A program made the translations under genes and the position numbers. From an uncultured Clostridia bacterium (lineage in GTDB: Bacteria > Bacillota > Clostridia > Christensenellales > UBA1242), in assembly GCA_944384485.1 (NCBI GenBank), contig CALWTO010000036.1, positions 1 through 37,163 of the forward strand: a DNA stretch of 37,163 nucleotides, in the 5' to 3' direction. This document shows positions 1 through 9,350 of the stretch, in pieces (within the stretch, counting starts at the first letter, position 1; each line of letters begins with the position of its first letter). Below the pieces are notes generated by a model. The model saw nothing but the letters and a program-made list of their open reading frames with translations. It ran no database searches and was not told the origin of the DNA.

Positions 1-54
1 CCTGCATCAAAAGCTGCTAAACTTGACCCAGTGGAATCATTAAGACATGAGTAA
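1..54 (+). CDS. C-terminal fragment of an FtsX/MacB-type ABC transporter permease (5' end outside the window)
   Basis: Frame 1 reads PASKAAKLDPVESLRHE-stop. This matches the conserved C-terminal tail of FtsX-like permeases. The ORF is open to the window edge. Confidence 0.6.
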   Translation, partial: PASKAAKLDPVESLRHE

Positions 55-80
55 AATTAAAAGGTTTTACAATCAAAATG

Positions 81-112
81 AAAAAACATTAGCTCTGGCT
101 AATGTTTTTTTT
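81..112. terminator. Bidirectional rho-independent terminator between convergent genes
   Basis: Perfect hairpin AAAAAACATTAGC-TCTG-GCTAATGTTTTTT, flanked by an A-run and a T-run. It overlaps the stop codon of the 89..865 ORF. Confidence 0.5.
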
Positions 113-865
113 ATCTTCTTTTTTATCTTCGTCATTTGCACTTGATTCTTTAAACATCTCTTTTTCTTTACAAATATATAAATTTTGTCTTGAATCTAAA
201 TTTTTTTCAAGAAATTTTATTCCAAAAGAGAATTTTGTGTGTTTTCCAATTATATATTGTATAAAGAATACTATTGCCCCAACTGTGTTACAAACTAAAT
301 CTAGCATTGTATCAAACACTAATGGTTGACCAAAGCCGTCAATCTTTTCTCCTTGCATTGTTTGATTTAGCAAATTATCTGCCAACCACTCAAATATTTC
401 CCACAAAACTTCAATTGTAAGAGAAAAGCACACGCAGAATATTGCTATTAAAAGTATATTTCCTTTTGAATAATTGGCGAGTTTTCCAAAAACAAAAATG
501 CCTAAAACAGCCATTAAATAACCCATTAAGATATGAATGATTATATCATACCAACCGACCAAATAGTAAACATTTAAAACTCCACCAATTAGCCCTGCAA
601 AAATCAAATAAATTTCTACTATAAGAAAAAGACAATTGTTAAGTCTTCTACCAAATATCATTTCAAAAAATATTGGCACCAAAGACAAAATGGAGATACA
701 AATAGCTGGAACAATTCTGTTGTTTGGGTCATAAACAAAACCATAATAAAATGCCATGCTTACACAACTTGCAAATAATACAAGCATTATTACAAGATTT
801 GCAATTCGAAATTTTTTATCAGTTTTGGTTAAATCTTTAAAGGATATCCAATTTTTTCTTTTCAT
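89..865 (-). CDS. Polytopic membrane protein, DUF2238/YjdF-like
   Basis: 258-aa ORF with about 6 hydrophobic helices. WYDIIIH and WEIFEW...FDTMLDLVCNTVGA motifs resemble the YjdF family (YDxxxH, ELIEWW, DTxxDM). It starts 10 nt after the valS stop. Confidence 0.55.
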   Translation of the reverse strand: MKRKNWISFKDLTKTDKKFRIANLVIMLVLFASCVSMAFYYGFVYDPNNRIVPAICISILSLVPIFFEMIFGRRLNNCLFLIVEIYLIFAGLIGGVLNVYYLVGWYDIIIHILMGYLMAVLGIFVFGKLANYSKGNILLIAIFCVCFSLTIEVLWEIFEWLADNLLNQTMQGEKIDGFGQPLVFDTMLDLVCNTVGAIVFFIQYIIGKHTKFSFGIKFLEKNLDSRQNLYICKEKEMFKESSANDEDKKEDKKNISQS

Positions 866-875
866 CTAAAACCTA

Positions 876-3470
876 TTATACGTTGTTTTCTTTTAAAATT
901 TTTTCGAGCATTTCTTTGTTTTTCTTTAATTTTGTTTGTTCATTTTCAATCAGATTTTTTGGAGCTTTTGCAATAAATCCTTGATTTGAAAGCATTTTTT
1001 CCGAACGATTTATTTCAAATTTTAAGTTTTCGATTTCTTTTTCTAATTTTTCTTTTTCTTTTTCAGAATCAACAAGTTGCCCCAAAGGAATAAATATTTG
1101 ACTATCTCCCGCCATAATTTTAACACATTTTTCATTTGGTTGTTCATTTACAACAATGCTTTCACTCCCATAAGCAAGTTTGCAAATTTGATTAATGTTT
1201 TCTTTTAAAATTAAGTCTTTTTCATCTATTTTAAACAAAATTGAAGTTTTTTTGTTATCTGGGAGATTATATTTTGCTCTCGAATTTCTTATTTCTTTTA
1301 TAATCGAAATAATGCTTTCGAAATTATTTTCCAAATTTTTAACTTTAACTTTCACAGGGAATTTGCTAATCATTATGCTTTCTTCATGATATGGCAATTC
1401 TTGATATATATATTCAGTTACAAAAGGTATAAATGGATGGAATAATTTTAACAAGCAATCAAAACAATACCACAAAACATTTTGAGTAACATTTTTTCTT
1501 TTGCTATCTTCACTATACAAATCAAGTTTAGCAAGTTCAATATACCAATCACAGAATTTTGCAACAGTAAATTCCATTAAATTGCTTGCACATACTCCAA
1601 GTGCATAACGGTCAAGATTTTTGTTAACTGATTTTATAAGTTTATCAAGTTCTTGTAAAATCCATTTATCTTTTTCTTGCAAATCTAATTTATTTAAATC
1701 GACAATTTTAAAATCTTTTAAATTTGAAAGAACAAATTTGCTCGCATTGTAAAGTTTGTTGATAAAAATTTTTGCATCTTTGGCTTTTTCTTCTCCATAT
1801 TTAAGGTCTGTTCCCATGCTCATACCATTGATTAAAGAAAGTCTTAAAGCATCAGCACCATATTTTTCAATCATATCAATTGGGTCAATACCATTGCCAA
1901 GGTGCTTTGCCATTTTAACACCCTTTATATCACGAACAATACCGTTAATAACCACATCTTTGAAAGGTACTTTCCCCATAAACTTAAGCCCAGAAAAAAC
2001 CATTTTTGAAACCCAGAAAGTAATGATGTCATACCCAGTAACAAGAGCTGATGTTGGATAATAATATTTTAAATCTTCAGTTTGTTCAGGATATCCCAAT
2101 GTTGAGAAAGGCCATAAAGCAGATGAGAACCATGTATCAAGCACGTCTTTTTCTTGTTCTAGATGTTTATTTTTGCAAATTGGACATTCACTTGGATCAG
2201 TTTCGCTAGCAAAAACATGTCCATTTTCGCAAGTAAAAACAGGAATTCTGTGGCCAAGCCATATTTGACGAGATATACACCAATCTTGAATATTTTCGAG
2301 CCAATTTAAATATGTTTTTTCATATCTCTTTGGATGAAATTTTATATCTCCATTTTTTACTGCTTCGATAGCAGGTTTTACAAGTTCTTTCATTTTTACA
2401 AACCATTGAGTTGAAATCTTTGGTTCAGTAAAATTATGGCATCTATCACAAGTTCCTACTTGATTTTTATATTTTTCTTTCTTTAAAAGGTAGCCCCCCT
2501 CTTCCAATGCTTTTTCAATAATTGGTCTAGCTTTAATTCTGTCCACACCTTTAAATTGCCCAGCATTTTCATTTAAGAGACCATCATCGTCTATACATAC
2601 AATAACATCCAAATTATGTCTTAAGCCAACTTCATAATCATTAGGGTCATGTGCAGGCGTGATTTTTACAGCACCTGTTCCAAATCCAATTTCGCAATAG
2701 TCATCAGCAATAAGTTTGATTTTTTTGTTTACCAGTGGCAAAATCAAATCTTTACCAATTTTATCTTTATATTTTGGGTCATTTGGATTTACGGCAACAG
2801 CAGTATCACCAAACAAAGTTTCTGGTCTTGTTGTTGCAACCGTAACAAAACCATCACCATCAGCAAAAGGATACTTTATATACCAAAGGTATGTATTTTG
2901 ATCAATATGAACATTTTCATTGTCAGAAATTGTTGTTTTGCAATTTGGACAATAATTTACAACTCTTTTACCCTTATAAATTAAACCTTCATTAAAATAT
3001 TGACAAAAAACATGTCTTACTGCTTTATTTAAATTTTCATCCATGGTAAAAGCAAGTCTTGACCAGTCACAAGAGATACCAATTTTTTGAAGTTGATTAG
3101 TGATTATATTGCCATATTCTTTATACCACTGCCACCCCATTTCAAGAAATTTTTCTCTACCAACATCTTCTTTTTTTAATCCGTCATGTCTAAGTTTTCT
3201 TGACAAAACTTCTTCAGTAGCAATAGCAGCATGGTCTGTGCCTGGAATCCAAAGAGTATTAAACCCTTTCATTCTTTTAGCACGCACCAAAATGTCTTGA
3301 ATAGTGTTATTTAAAGCATGTCCAACATGGGCTTTTCCAGTAACATTTGGAGGAGGCATAACCACACTAAAATGCTCCCTTCCATCTGGCACTGCAGTAA
3401 AATAATTCTTTTCCAACCATTTTTTATAAATTTCATTTTCAAATAATTCTGGTGTATAATTTTTATCCAT
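876..3470 (-). CDS. valS: Valine--tRNA ligase
   Basis: 864 aa with class I motifs PPPNVTGKAHVGHAL (HIGH) and KMAKHLGN (KMSKS-like), and a C-terminal coiled coil. I prefer the ATG at 3470, preceded by GGGGAGA, over the TTG at 3485 in the ORF track. Confidence 0.95.
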   Translation of the reverse strand: MDKNYTPELFENEIYKKWLEKNYFTAVPDGREHFSVVMPPPNVTGKAHVGHALNNTIQDILVRAKRMKGFNTLWIPGTDHAAIATEEVLSRKLRHDGLKKEDVGREKFLEMGWQWYKEYGNIITNQLQKIGISCDWSRLAFTMDENLNKAVRHVFCQYFNEGLIYKGKRVVNYCPNCKTTISDNENVHIDQNTYLWYIKYPFADGDGFVTVATTRPETLFGDTAVAVNPNDPKYKDKIGKDLILPLVNKKIKLIADDYCEIGFGTGAVKITPAHDPNDYEVGLRHNLDVIVCIDDDGLLNENAGQFKGVDRIKARPIIEKALEEGGYLLKKEKYKNQVGTCDRCHNFTEPKISTQWFVKMKELVKPAIEAVKNGDIKFHPKRYEKTYLNWLENIQDWCISRQIWLGHRIPVFTCENGHVFASETDPSECPICKNKHLEQEKDVLDTWFSSALWPFSTLGYPEQTEDLKYYYPTSALVTGYDIITFWVSKMVFSGLKFMGKVPFKDVVINGIVRDIKGVKMAKHLGNGIDPIDMIEKYGADALRLSLINGMSMGTDLKYGEEKAKDAKIFINKLYNASKFVLSNLKDFKIVDLNKLDLQEKDKWILQELDKLIKSVNKNLDRYALGVCASNLMEFTVAKFCDWYIELAKLDLYSEDSKRKNVTQNVLWYCFDCLLKLFHPFIPFVTEYIYQELPYHEESIMISKFPVKVKVKNLENNFESIISIIKEIRNSRAKYNLPDNKKTSILFKIDEKDLILKENINQICKLAYGSESIVVNEQPNEKCVKIMAGDSQIFIPLGQLVDSEKEKEKLEKEIENLKFEINRSEKMLSNQGFIAKAPKNLIENEQTKLKKNKEMLEKILKENNV

Positions 3471-3497
3471 AATTCTCCCCAACAATAAGTTTTTATT

Positions 3498-3526
3498 ATT
3501 ATATTAAAATTAACAAAATATAGCAA
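3498..3526 (-). promoter_or_regulatory. Candidate sigma-70-type promoter for valS
   Basis: The minus strand reads TTGCTA, 17 nt, TATAAT, about 27 nt upstream of the valS ATG. Confidence 0.45.
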
Positions 3527-3540
3527 GCAAAAATGAATAA

Positions 3541-3587
3541 AAGGGCTATCTTTTTAAGTTTAGATAAACTTAACCAAACATGCCCTT
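3541..3587 (-). terminator. Possible terminator after cysS
   Basis: Outer stem AAGGGC/GCCCTT encloses an inner palindrome TTAAGTTTA/TAAACTTAA. On the minus strand it is followed by TTTTATTCATTTTT. The stem is interrupted, so confidence is moderate. Confidence 0.35.
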
Positions 3588-3592
3588 TTTAT

Positions 3593-4948
3593 TTATTCGA
3601 TAGTATAACCATCTTTACTGTCTTTTACACAATAGCCTGCTTTTGCAATTTCATTTCTAAAAAGGTCCGCTTTTGCAAAATCTTTGTTTTGTTTTGCTTC
3701 CCACCTTTCTTGTGCAAGTTTTTGTATTTCTTTAGGGATTTCTTTTTTTATTTCAAAATTAAAGCCTAAAACTTTATTAAAATCCATGATTAAATCATAT
3801 ACTTGTTTGCTTTTGTTTTCTTTTAACATTTTTTGACAAACTGCAAGAGCCTTTGGCATATTTAAGTCGTCATTTATTGCATCTAGAAATTCTTCGCGAT
3901 AATTTTCAAGCAATTTTTCCTCAATAAAATTTTCGCCGTCTTTGTGAGAAAGCACCAAATTTTTAAATGCTTTTAATCCATTTTGTGCACCTTGCAAAGC
4001 TTCAAAAGTAAAGTTTTGTTGCTTTGAATAATGAGCATTAAAATAAAAGTATCTAAAATCTTCTGGATTAAAGCCTCTTTTTTGTAAATCATCAAGAACA
4101 TACATGTTGTTTAAACTTTTTCCCATTTTTCCGCCATCAACTTGCAAAAATTCAACATGCATCCAAAAATTTACCACTCTATGCCCACATAAGCAATCAC
4201 TTTGAGCAATTTCATTTTCATGGTGAATTGTTTTATGGTCAACACCGCCGGTATGAATATCAATATATTCACCCAAATATTTATCACCAATTACAGAACA
4301 TTCTATATGCCAACCGGGATATCCAACTCCCCAAGGACTTTCCCATTTCATTATGTGTTCTTTAGGAGCTTTTACCCATAATACGAAGTCGGCAGGATTA
4401 TGCTTTTCATCATCAACATCAATTCTTGCACCGGCTTTTTTTGTATCAATAGAATTACCAAGTTTTCCATACCCCGAAAATTTTTCAATATCAAAATAAA
4501 CTCCTTTGCTTGTTATATAAGCATACCCCTTGTCTAATAATCCTTGAACAAATTTTATAATTTCATTTATAACACTTGTTGCAGGAACAATGTGCTCCGG
4601 CAAATCAATATTAAGGCGTTTTGCTTCATTGAAAAAAATGTCAGTATAAAACTTTGCAATTTCCCAAGGAGATTTTTGTTCTCTCTTGCTTGCCACAAGC
4701 ATTTTGTCTTCACCTTCATCAGCATCACTAGTCAAATGTCCGACATCAGTAATATTCATAACTCCATCTAATTTATAGCCGTTATATTTTAAAACACGCC
4801 TGATATTGTCCATAAAAAGATAAGCCCTCATATTTCCAATATGTGGGTATGAATAGACAGTAGGTCCACAGCTATACATTTTTACAACATCATATTTTGG
4901 AGAAAAATTTTCTTTTTTTCTTGTTAAAGAATTAAAAAATTTAATCAT
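3593..4948 (-). CDS. cysS: Cysteine--tRNA ligase
   Basis: 451 aa with HIGN (PHIGNMRAY) and KMGKS motifs and the WHIECS zinc-site region. I prefer the ATG at 4948 (AAGGA, 8-nt spacer) over 4954. Confidence 0.95.
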   Translation of the reverse strand: MIKFFNSLTRKKENFSPKYDVVKMYSCGPTVYSYPHIGNMRAYLFMDNIRRVLKYNGYKLDGVMNITDVGHLTSDADEGEDKMLVASKREQKSPWEIAKFYTDIFFNEAKRLNIDLPEHIVPATSVINEIIKFVQGLLDKGYAYITSKGVYFDIEKFSGYGKLGNSIDTKKAGARIDVDDEKHNPADFVLWVKAPKEHIMKWESPWGVGYPGWHIECSVIGDKYLGEYIDIHTGGVDHKTIHHENEIAQSDCLCGHRVVNFWMHVEFLQVDGGKMGKSLNNMYVLDDLQKRGFNPEDFRYFYFNAHYSKQQNFTFEALQGAQNGLKAFKNLVLSHKDGENFIEEKLLENYREEFLDAINDDLNMPKALAVCQKMLKENKSKQVYDLIMDFNKVLGFNFEIKKEIPKEIQKLAQERWEAKQNKDFAKADLFRNEIAKAGYCVKDSKDGYTIE

Positions 4949-4998
4949 GTACATTATCCTTTATTTTATATGTTTTGAATAATAAAAAAGTAATCAAA

Positions 4999-5385
4999 TC
5001 AAACAAGTTTGTTTAAAAATTCGCATAATTGTTTTGCATTTTTGAAATTTTCTTCGCTAACGGGTCCAACAACATTTGAAATTGAAGACACATAATTGTA
5101 AAGTGTGTTCATCCCTTCAACAGTTAATGTTAGAACATGACACCTTTTGTCCATTTTGGATTTACTTATAGTAAGCAATCCTTCTTTTTCAAGCTGTTTA
5201 GTCATCAAGGCAAAATTAGTTTTTTTAATTCCAAGTTTTTCGATTATCATGCTTACAGATAAATTTTCATATAAATAAGCAAAATATAAAATTTTAAATT
5301 TGAGCATTGCTCTTTCAGATTTTTTCTTTAGTATGTTTTCAAGAAGCGCTTCAAGTTCAATCAAACATCCGATTTTGTTCATCAT
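4999..5385 (-). CDS. MarR-family winged-helix transcriptional regulator
   Basis: 128 aa. The segment IIEKLGIKKTNFALMTKQLEKEGLLTISKSKMDKRCHVLTLTVEGM is a typical MarR wHTH plus wing. SD GAGGT lies 6 nt upstream of the ATG. Confidence 0.85.
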   Translation of the reverse strand: MMNKIGCLIELEALLENILKKKSERAMLKFKILYFAYLYENLSVSMIIEKLGIKKTNFALMTKQLEKEGLLTISKSKMDKRCHVLTLTVEGMNTLYNYVSSISNVVGPVSEENFKNAKQLCEFLNKLV

Positions 5386-5402
5386 ATCGCTACCTCATGT
5401 TA

Positions 5403-5431
5403 AGTATAATTCAATTTTTTTTTCAAAGCAA
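5403..5431 (-). promoter_or_regulatory. Candidate promoter for the MarR-cysS unit, with an A9 tract in the spacer
   Basis: The minus strand reads TTGCTT-TGAAAAAAAAATTGAAT-TATACT (17-nt spacer). The A9 run corresponds to plus-strand T9 at 5415..5423. Confidence 0.45.
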
Positions 5432-5477
5432 GTGTTTTTTACTTGTTTTTTTAAAATTATAATATTAAAATATAACC

Positions 5478-7715
5478 ATGATAATTGAAGGGCCAATTGA
5501 AGAAATAATTTTCCGTAACGAAGAAAATGGTTACACTGTTTTTTTACTTGATTTCAAAGGAGCTTTAACAACATGCGTAGGAAAACTTATCAACGCAAAT
5601 ATAGGTGAAAATCTTTCCCTTGACGGCGAATTTGTAAATAATTCAAAATATGGTTATCAATTTTCTTTTAATAATTATGAAATTATATTGCCCACCTCTC
5701 TTGCAGGTATTGAGAGATATTTGAGTTCTGGACTAATTAAGGGAGTAGGTCCTGTAACTGCCAAAAACATTGTAAACACCTTTAAAGAACAAACTTTTGA
5801 TATTATAGAAATGAGTCCTTCATCCCTTGCCGAAGTGAAAAATATTTCAATAAAAAAAGCGCTTGAAATTGGTGAAAAATTTAAAGAACTAAAAAAAATG
5901 CAAAATTCAATTATGTTTTTGCAAAAGTATAACATTTCCACCAATATGGCAATGAAGATATATGAAATATACGGTGGAAACACTATAAATATTGTGAAGA
6001 CTAACCCTTACAAATTAGTAGAAGATATTGATGGAATCGGATTTTTAACTGCAGACAGAATTGCAAAAAGCATTGGTATAAGCAGTGATAGCGAATTTAG
6101 AGTTCGTGCAGGAATACTTTACAGTTTACTTAATTCAATAGAAAAATCTGGCAACACTTTTTTACCTAAAAAAGCACTTTTTTCACTTACAAGCAATCTT
6201 CTCGAATTAGATGAAGAAATTTTAGACAATCTTTTTGAATCTTCACTTGATAGTCTTACAATGGATAAAACTTGTATGAAAATTTGGCAAGATAACGTAG
6301 AAATTGTCATTTTAACTAAATATTATTTTTATGAAAATTCGGTAGCTCAAAAATTGGCACTTTTAAATTTTACTCAAAAGATTGAAAAAATTGATGTAGA
6401 AAATGAAATAACACATTTTGAGCAAAGAAATAAAATACAATTTCATGAAGAACAAAAAATTGCAATAATCACAGCTATAAATAATGGTGTAAGTGTCATT
6501 ACAGGCGGACCGGGAACAGGCAAAACAACAATTATAAAATGCATTATTGAAATACTTAAACAGCAAAAACAAAAATATATTTTAATGGCTCCCACTGGTA
6601 GAGCCAGCAAACGTCTTTCAGACAGCACAGGAGAAGAAGCAAAAACAATTCACAGGGCTTTAGAAGTTGCTCAAGGCGGAACTGCAAACATCGGCAAATT
6701 TGTTTATAACGAAAACAATCCATTAAAAACAAACGCCGTTATTGTTGATGAAATGTCTATGGTTGATGTTGCTTTGATGAGTAGTTTATGCAAAGCCCTT
6801 CCAAGACAATGCAGACTTATTCTTGTTGGCGATAAAGACCAACTCCCAAGTGTTGGCGCTGGAAATGTGCTTGACGATATTATAAAAAGTGAAATTATTT
6901 CAGTTTGCACATTAACTAAAATCTTTCGTCAAAATGATGATAGTTTAATCGTAACCAATGCTCACCTTATCAATGAAGGCAAAATGCCTGTTATTGATAA
7001 CACTTGCAAAGATTTTTTCTTTGAAGAAAAATTAGATTCAAATTCTATTAAAAATTCAATTATTGATTTGGTGACCAAAAGGCTTCCAAACTTTACAAAA
7101 TTAGATAGCACTCAAATTCAAGTGCTTGCGCCACTAAAAGCAGGAGTTTGTGGAATTTCAAATTTAAATAAAATACTTCAAGATTCTATAAATCCCCCTA
7201 GCATAAAAAAAATGGAAATAACAGTTGGCGAAAATATTTTTAGAGTTGGCGACAAAGTTATGCAAACGGCAAACAATTATAATCTTGTTTGGACAAAAAT
7301 GAATGGATTTGTAGAAGAACAAGGAGAAGGCGTTTTTAATGGAGATATTGGTTATATTGCAGATATAGATTTTCAAAACAATGAAACAATAGTTGAATTT
7401 GAAGATGGAAGGATTTGCAATTATCCTAGAACAGAAATAGCCCAACTCTCTCTTGCTTATGCAATAACAATACACAAAAGTCAAGGCTCAGAATTTGATA
7501 TAGTTGTTATTCCTGTAATTGCTGGTGCCCCTATGATTTTAACTAGAAATTTAATTTATACTGCTGTAACAAGAGCAAAAAAAATGGTGGTTCTTGTTGG
7601 TGAAAAGAAAAATTTAAAAAAGATGATATCAAACAATTACACTGTTCAAAGGTATACATTGCTAAAAAACTTATTAAAAAATGCAAACGATAAAATAAAG
7701 GAATTGTATGAATAG
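5478..7715 (+). CDS. recD2: RecD2-type SF1 ATP-dependent DNA helicase
   Basis: 745 aa with an N-terminal OB/HhH region (GLIKGVGPVTAKNI), Walker A GGPGTGKTT, Walker B VIVDEMSMVD, GDKDQLPSVGAGNV, and C-terminal ITIHKSQGSE and YTAVTRAK motifs. Confidence 0.9.
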   Translation: MIIEGPIEEIIFRNEENGYTVFLLDFKGALTTCVGKLINANIGENLSLDGEFVNNSKYGYQFSFNNYEIILPTSLAGIERYLSSGLIKGVGPVTAKNIVNTFKEQTFDIIEMSPSSLAEVKNISIKKALEIGEKFKELKKMQNSIMFLQKYNISTNMAMKIYEIYGGNTINIVKTNPYKLVEDIDGIGFLTADRIAKSIGISSDSEFRVRAGILYSLLNSIEKSGNTFLPKKALFSLTSNLLELDEEILDNLFESSLDSLTMDKTCMKIWQDNVEIVILTKYYFYENSVAQKLALLNFTQKIEKIDVENEITHFEQRNKIQFHEEQKIAIITAINNGVSVITGGPGTGKTTIIKCIIEILKQQKQKYILMAPTGRASKRLSDSTGEEAKTIHRALEVAQGGTANIGKFVYNENNPLKTNAVIVDEMSMVDVALMSSLCKALPRQCRLILVGDKDQLPSVGAGNVLDDIIKSEIISVCTLTKIFRQNDDSLIVTNAHLINEGKMPVIDNTCKDFFFEEKLDSNSIKNSIIDLVTKRLPNFTKLDSTQIQVLAPLKAGVCGISNLNKILQDSINPPSIKKMEITVGENIFRVGDKVMQTANNYNLVWTKMNGFVEEQGEGVFNGDIGYIADIDFQNNETIVEFEDGRICNYPRTEIAQLSLAYAITIHKSQGSEFDIVVIPVIAGAPMILTRNLIYTAVTRAKKMVVLVGEKKNLKKMISNNYTVQRYTLLKNLLKNANDKIKELYE

Positions 7716-8487
7716 ATTAGGTAAATTTTTTAGAAAAACATATGATAAAATTTTAGATATATTTTTCCCGTTAGATAAAAAATGCATTTTTTGTAATAAA
7801 GAAATTGTTGACTTTAAAGAAAAACCATATTGTGAAAGTTGTGAAAAAGAAATTTTTAACAACGAAAACAAATGCATTAAATGCGATACTAAAATCAAAG
7901 AAGGCAATATTGTATGCGACAATTGCAAATCGCACAAAAGAAATTTTGAAAAGTGTTTGTGCCCACTAAATTATGAAAACAATGTAAGAAAAAGCATTTT
8001 AAAATTTAAAGATGACAATGCTATCTACCTCGCAAAAAGTTACGCAAAAATCATTTATGAATATTTAAATCACCATCAAATTAAATTTGATGTTGTAACT
8101 TTTGTTCCATCACATAAAAGCAAAATTAAGAAAAGAGGTTACAACCCTGCTCAAGTTTTAGCAGAAGAACTCTCAAAACTTTTTGGCATAGAAGTAAAAG
8201 AAACACTTGCTAAAGTTACTTTAACTCAATCACAAAAAACTTTAAGTTTTACAGATAGACAACAAAACTTGAAAGATAGTATAATTGTAATAAATTCTAA
8301 AAGCATTAAATCAAAAACCATATTATTAGTTGATGACATTGTTACAACCTGTGCAACTGTTGATCACTGTTCAAAACTTTTAAAAGGTTATGCAGAAAAA
8401 GTTTTTGTTTGTGCAATTGCAAGAAATCATATTGGAAAAAATCAAAGAAAAAACAAAGACGAAGAAAAGAAAATGATAGAAATATAA
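7708..8487 (+). CDS. comFC: ComF-family protein (ComFC-like phosphoribosyltransferase-fold competence protein)
   Basis: 259 aa with N-terminal CxxC...CxxC...CxxC...CxxC zinc-finger clusters and the C-terminal PRTase motif ILLVDDIVTTCATV. Its start overlaps the recD2 stop by 8 nt. Confidence 0.85.
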   Translation: MNRLGKFFRKTYDKILDIFFPLDKKCIFCNKEIVDFKEKPYCESCEKEIFNNENKCIKCDTKIKEGNIVCDNCKSHKRNFEKCLCPLNYENNVRKSILKFKDDNAIYLAKSYAKIIYEYLNHHQIKFDVVTFVPSHKSKIKKRGYNPAQVLAEELSKLFGIEVKETLAKVTLTQSQKTLSFTDRQQNLKDSIIVINSKSIKSKTILLVDDIVTTCATVDHCSKLLKGYAEKVFVCAIARNHIGKNQRKNKDEEKKMIEI

Positions 8488-8541
8488 GAAGTAAAAAAAT
8501 TAAAAAAATAATCTAAAAATGTAAAAAATTTAAAAAAACAC

Positions 8542-8570
8542 TTGACTTGCCATACAAAATTTTATATAAT
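8542..8570 (+). promoter_or_regulatory. Promoter for tRNA-Glu
   Basis: TTGACT (8542..8547), 17 nt, TATAAT (8565..8570), 20 nt upstream of the tRNA 5' end. Confidence 0.6.
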
Positions 8571-8590
8571 GAGACAGTAACATTAATTAT

Positions 8591-8665
8591 GGCCTCATGG
8601 TCAAGCGGTTAAGACATCGCCCTTTCACGGCGGAATCAGGGGTTCGATTCCCCTTGAGGCTACCA
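8591..8665 (+). tRNA. tRNA-Glu (anticodon UUC)
   Basis: 75-nt cloverleaf GGCCTCA...TGAGGCTACCA with anticodon loop CTTTCAC, T-loop GGTTCGATTCC and an encoded CCA. It closely resembles Firmicute tRNA-Glu. Confidence 0.9.
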
Positions 8666-8675
8666 AAAAAATAAA

Positions 8676-8704
8676 AACGAAGTTTAAAAACTTCGTTTTT
8701 TTTG
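8676..8704 (+). terminator. Rho-independent terminator after tRNA-Glu
   Basis: AACGAAGTT-TAAA-AACTTCGTT stem-loop followed by a T-run. Confidence 0.7.
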
Positions 8705-8744
8705 TTTTAATTTTTTTTGATTAACAATAGTTGTAATTAAACAA

Positions 8745-8785
8745 ATAAGATGCAAAACTATAAACTTTTGCATCTTATTTTTTTA
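8745..8785. terminator. Hairpin terminator downstream of the 8783..9286 gene (also T-tailed on the plus strand)
   Basis: 13-bp stem ATAAGATGCAAAA/TTTTGCATCTTAT with an 8-nt loop and T-rich tracts on both strands. Confidence 0.55.
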
Positions 8786-9286
8786 TTTTCTTTTTCTTTT
8801 ACTAGTTTTAACTTTATTTCCACAAGCAATTCCAAGTCCACTACCAACAAGCCCAAATATAACAAATAACCAACTTCCTGCTGCAGGTATAATTTGAACA
8901 AAATCGCTACTATTATCAATACATCCAACCAACATTAAAACAAATGCAAGCAAAACAACCAACATTCCTACTATGCTCAAAATTTTAATTGCTAAATTTA
9001 ATGCTTTATTATTTATGAAAAATTGCAAAACAATACCAATAACAATTAAACTCAAAACAATAATGCTGATAATTAAAAAGGCTTCACTTGCTTTCCAAAT
9101 ATCATAATTTGAATTATTTACAAGTTCAAACCAATCCCCATAGGAAGTTGACTCACTTTTAAATGTATTACCTCCCAAAGAACTTTGTGTAAATATTGCC
9201 CCAAATGCCAAAGAAATCAAAGCAAATAAATTAGCAAAAATAGCAGCTGATCTTAAAATAATAGATTTTGTTTTTGAATTATTCAT
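8783..9286 (-). CDS. Small integral membrane protein, unknown function
   Basis: 167 aa with about 4 hydrophobic helices and a basic C-terminal tail (KTSKRKRK). Strong SD (AGGAGG) upstream. Confidence 0.7.
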   Translation of the reverse strand: MNNSKTKSIILRSAAIFANLFALISLAFGAIFTQSSLGGNTFKSESTSYGDWFELVNNSNYDIWKASEAFLIISIIVLSLIVIGIVLQFFINNKALNLAIKILSIVGMLVVLLAFVLMLVGCIDNSSDFVQIIPAAGSWLFVIFGLVGSGLGIACGNKVKTSKRKRK

Positions 9287-9350
9287 ATTTCCCCTCCTTA
9301 TAGATAGATTACACTATTTATATTCAAATGTCAAACAAAACGCACAATTT

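Noticed and set aside
1195-2984. Multiple 60-110-aa ORFs on the strand opposite valS, and similar nested ORFs inside cysS, recD2, the SBP gene, alaS, PFOR, tkt and others
   Set aside because: They are low-complexity, Phe/Ile/Leu/Ser-rich translations typical of antisense frames in AT-rich coding DNA. They have no SDs and are fully contained in well-supported genes.
3311-3526. 71-aa ORF and the TTG-extended start of valS (3485); likewise the TTG-extended starts of alaS (27688) and truA (28475), and the upstream ATGs of terL (17184) and the hydrolase (32784)
   Set aside because: In each case a downstream ATG matches the conserved N-terminus of the family. All but truA also have a proper SD. 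The extensions add non-conserved residues and lack SDs, and the 32784 start would overlap the neighbouring gene.
3471-5000. T-box riboswitch leaders upstream of valS, cysS (and alaS at 27635..27707)
   Set aside because: The intergenic regions are only about 50-120 nt and contain no recognisable T-box or specifier-loop sequence, only promoter- and terminator-like elements.
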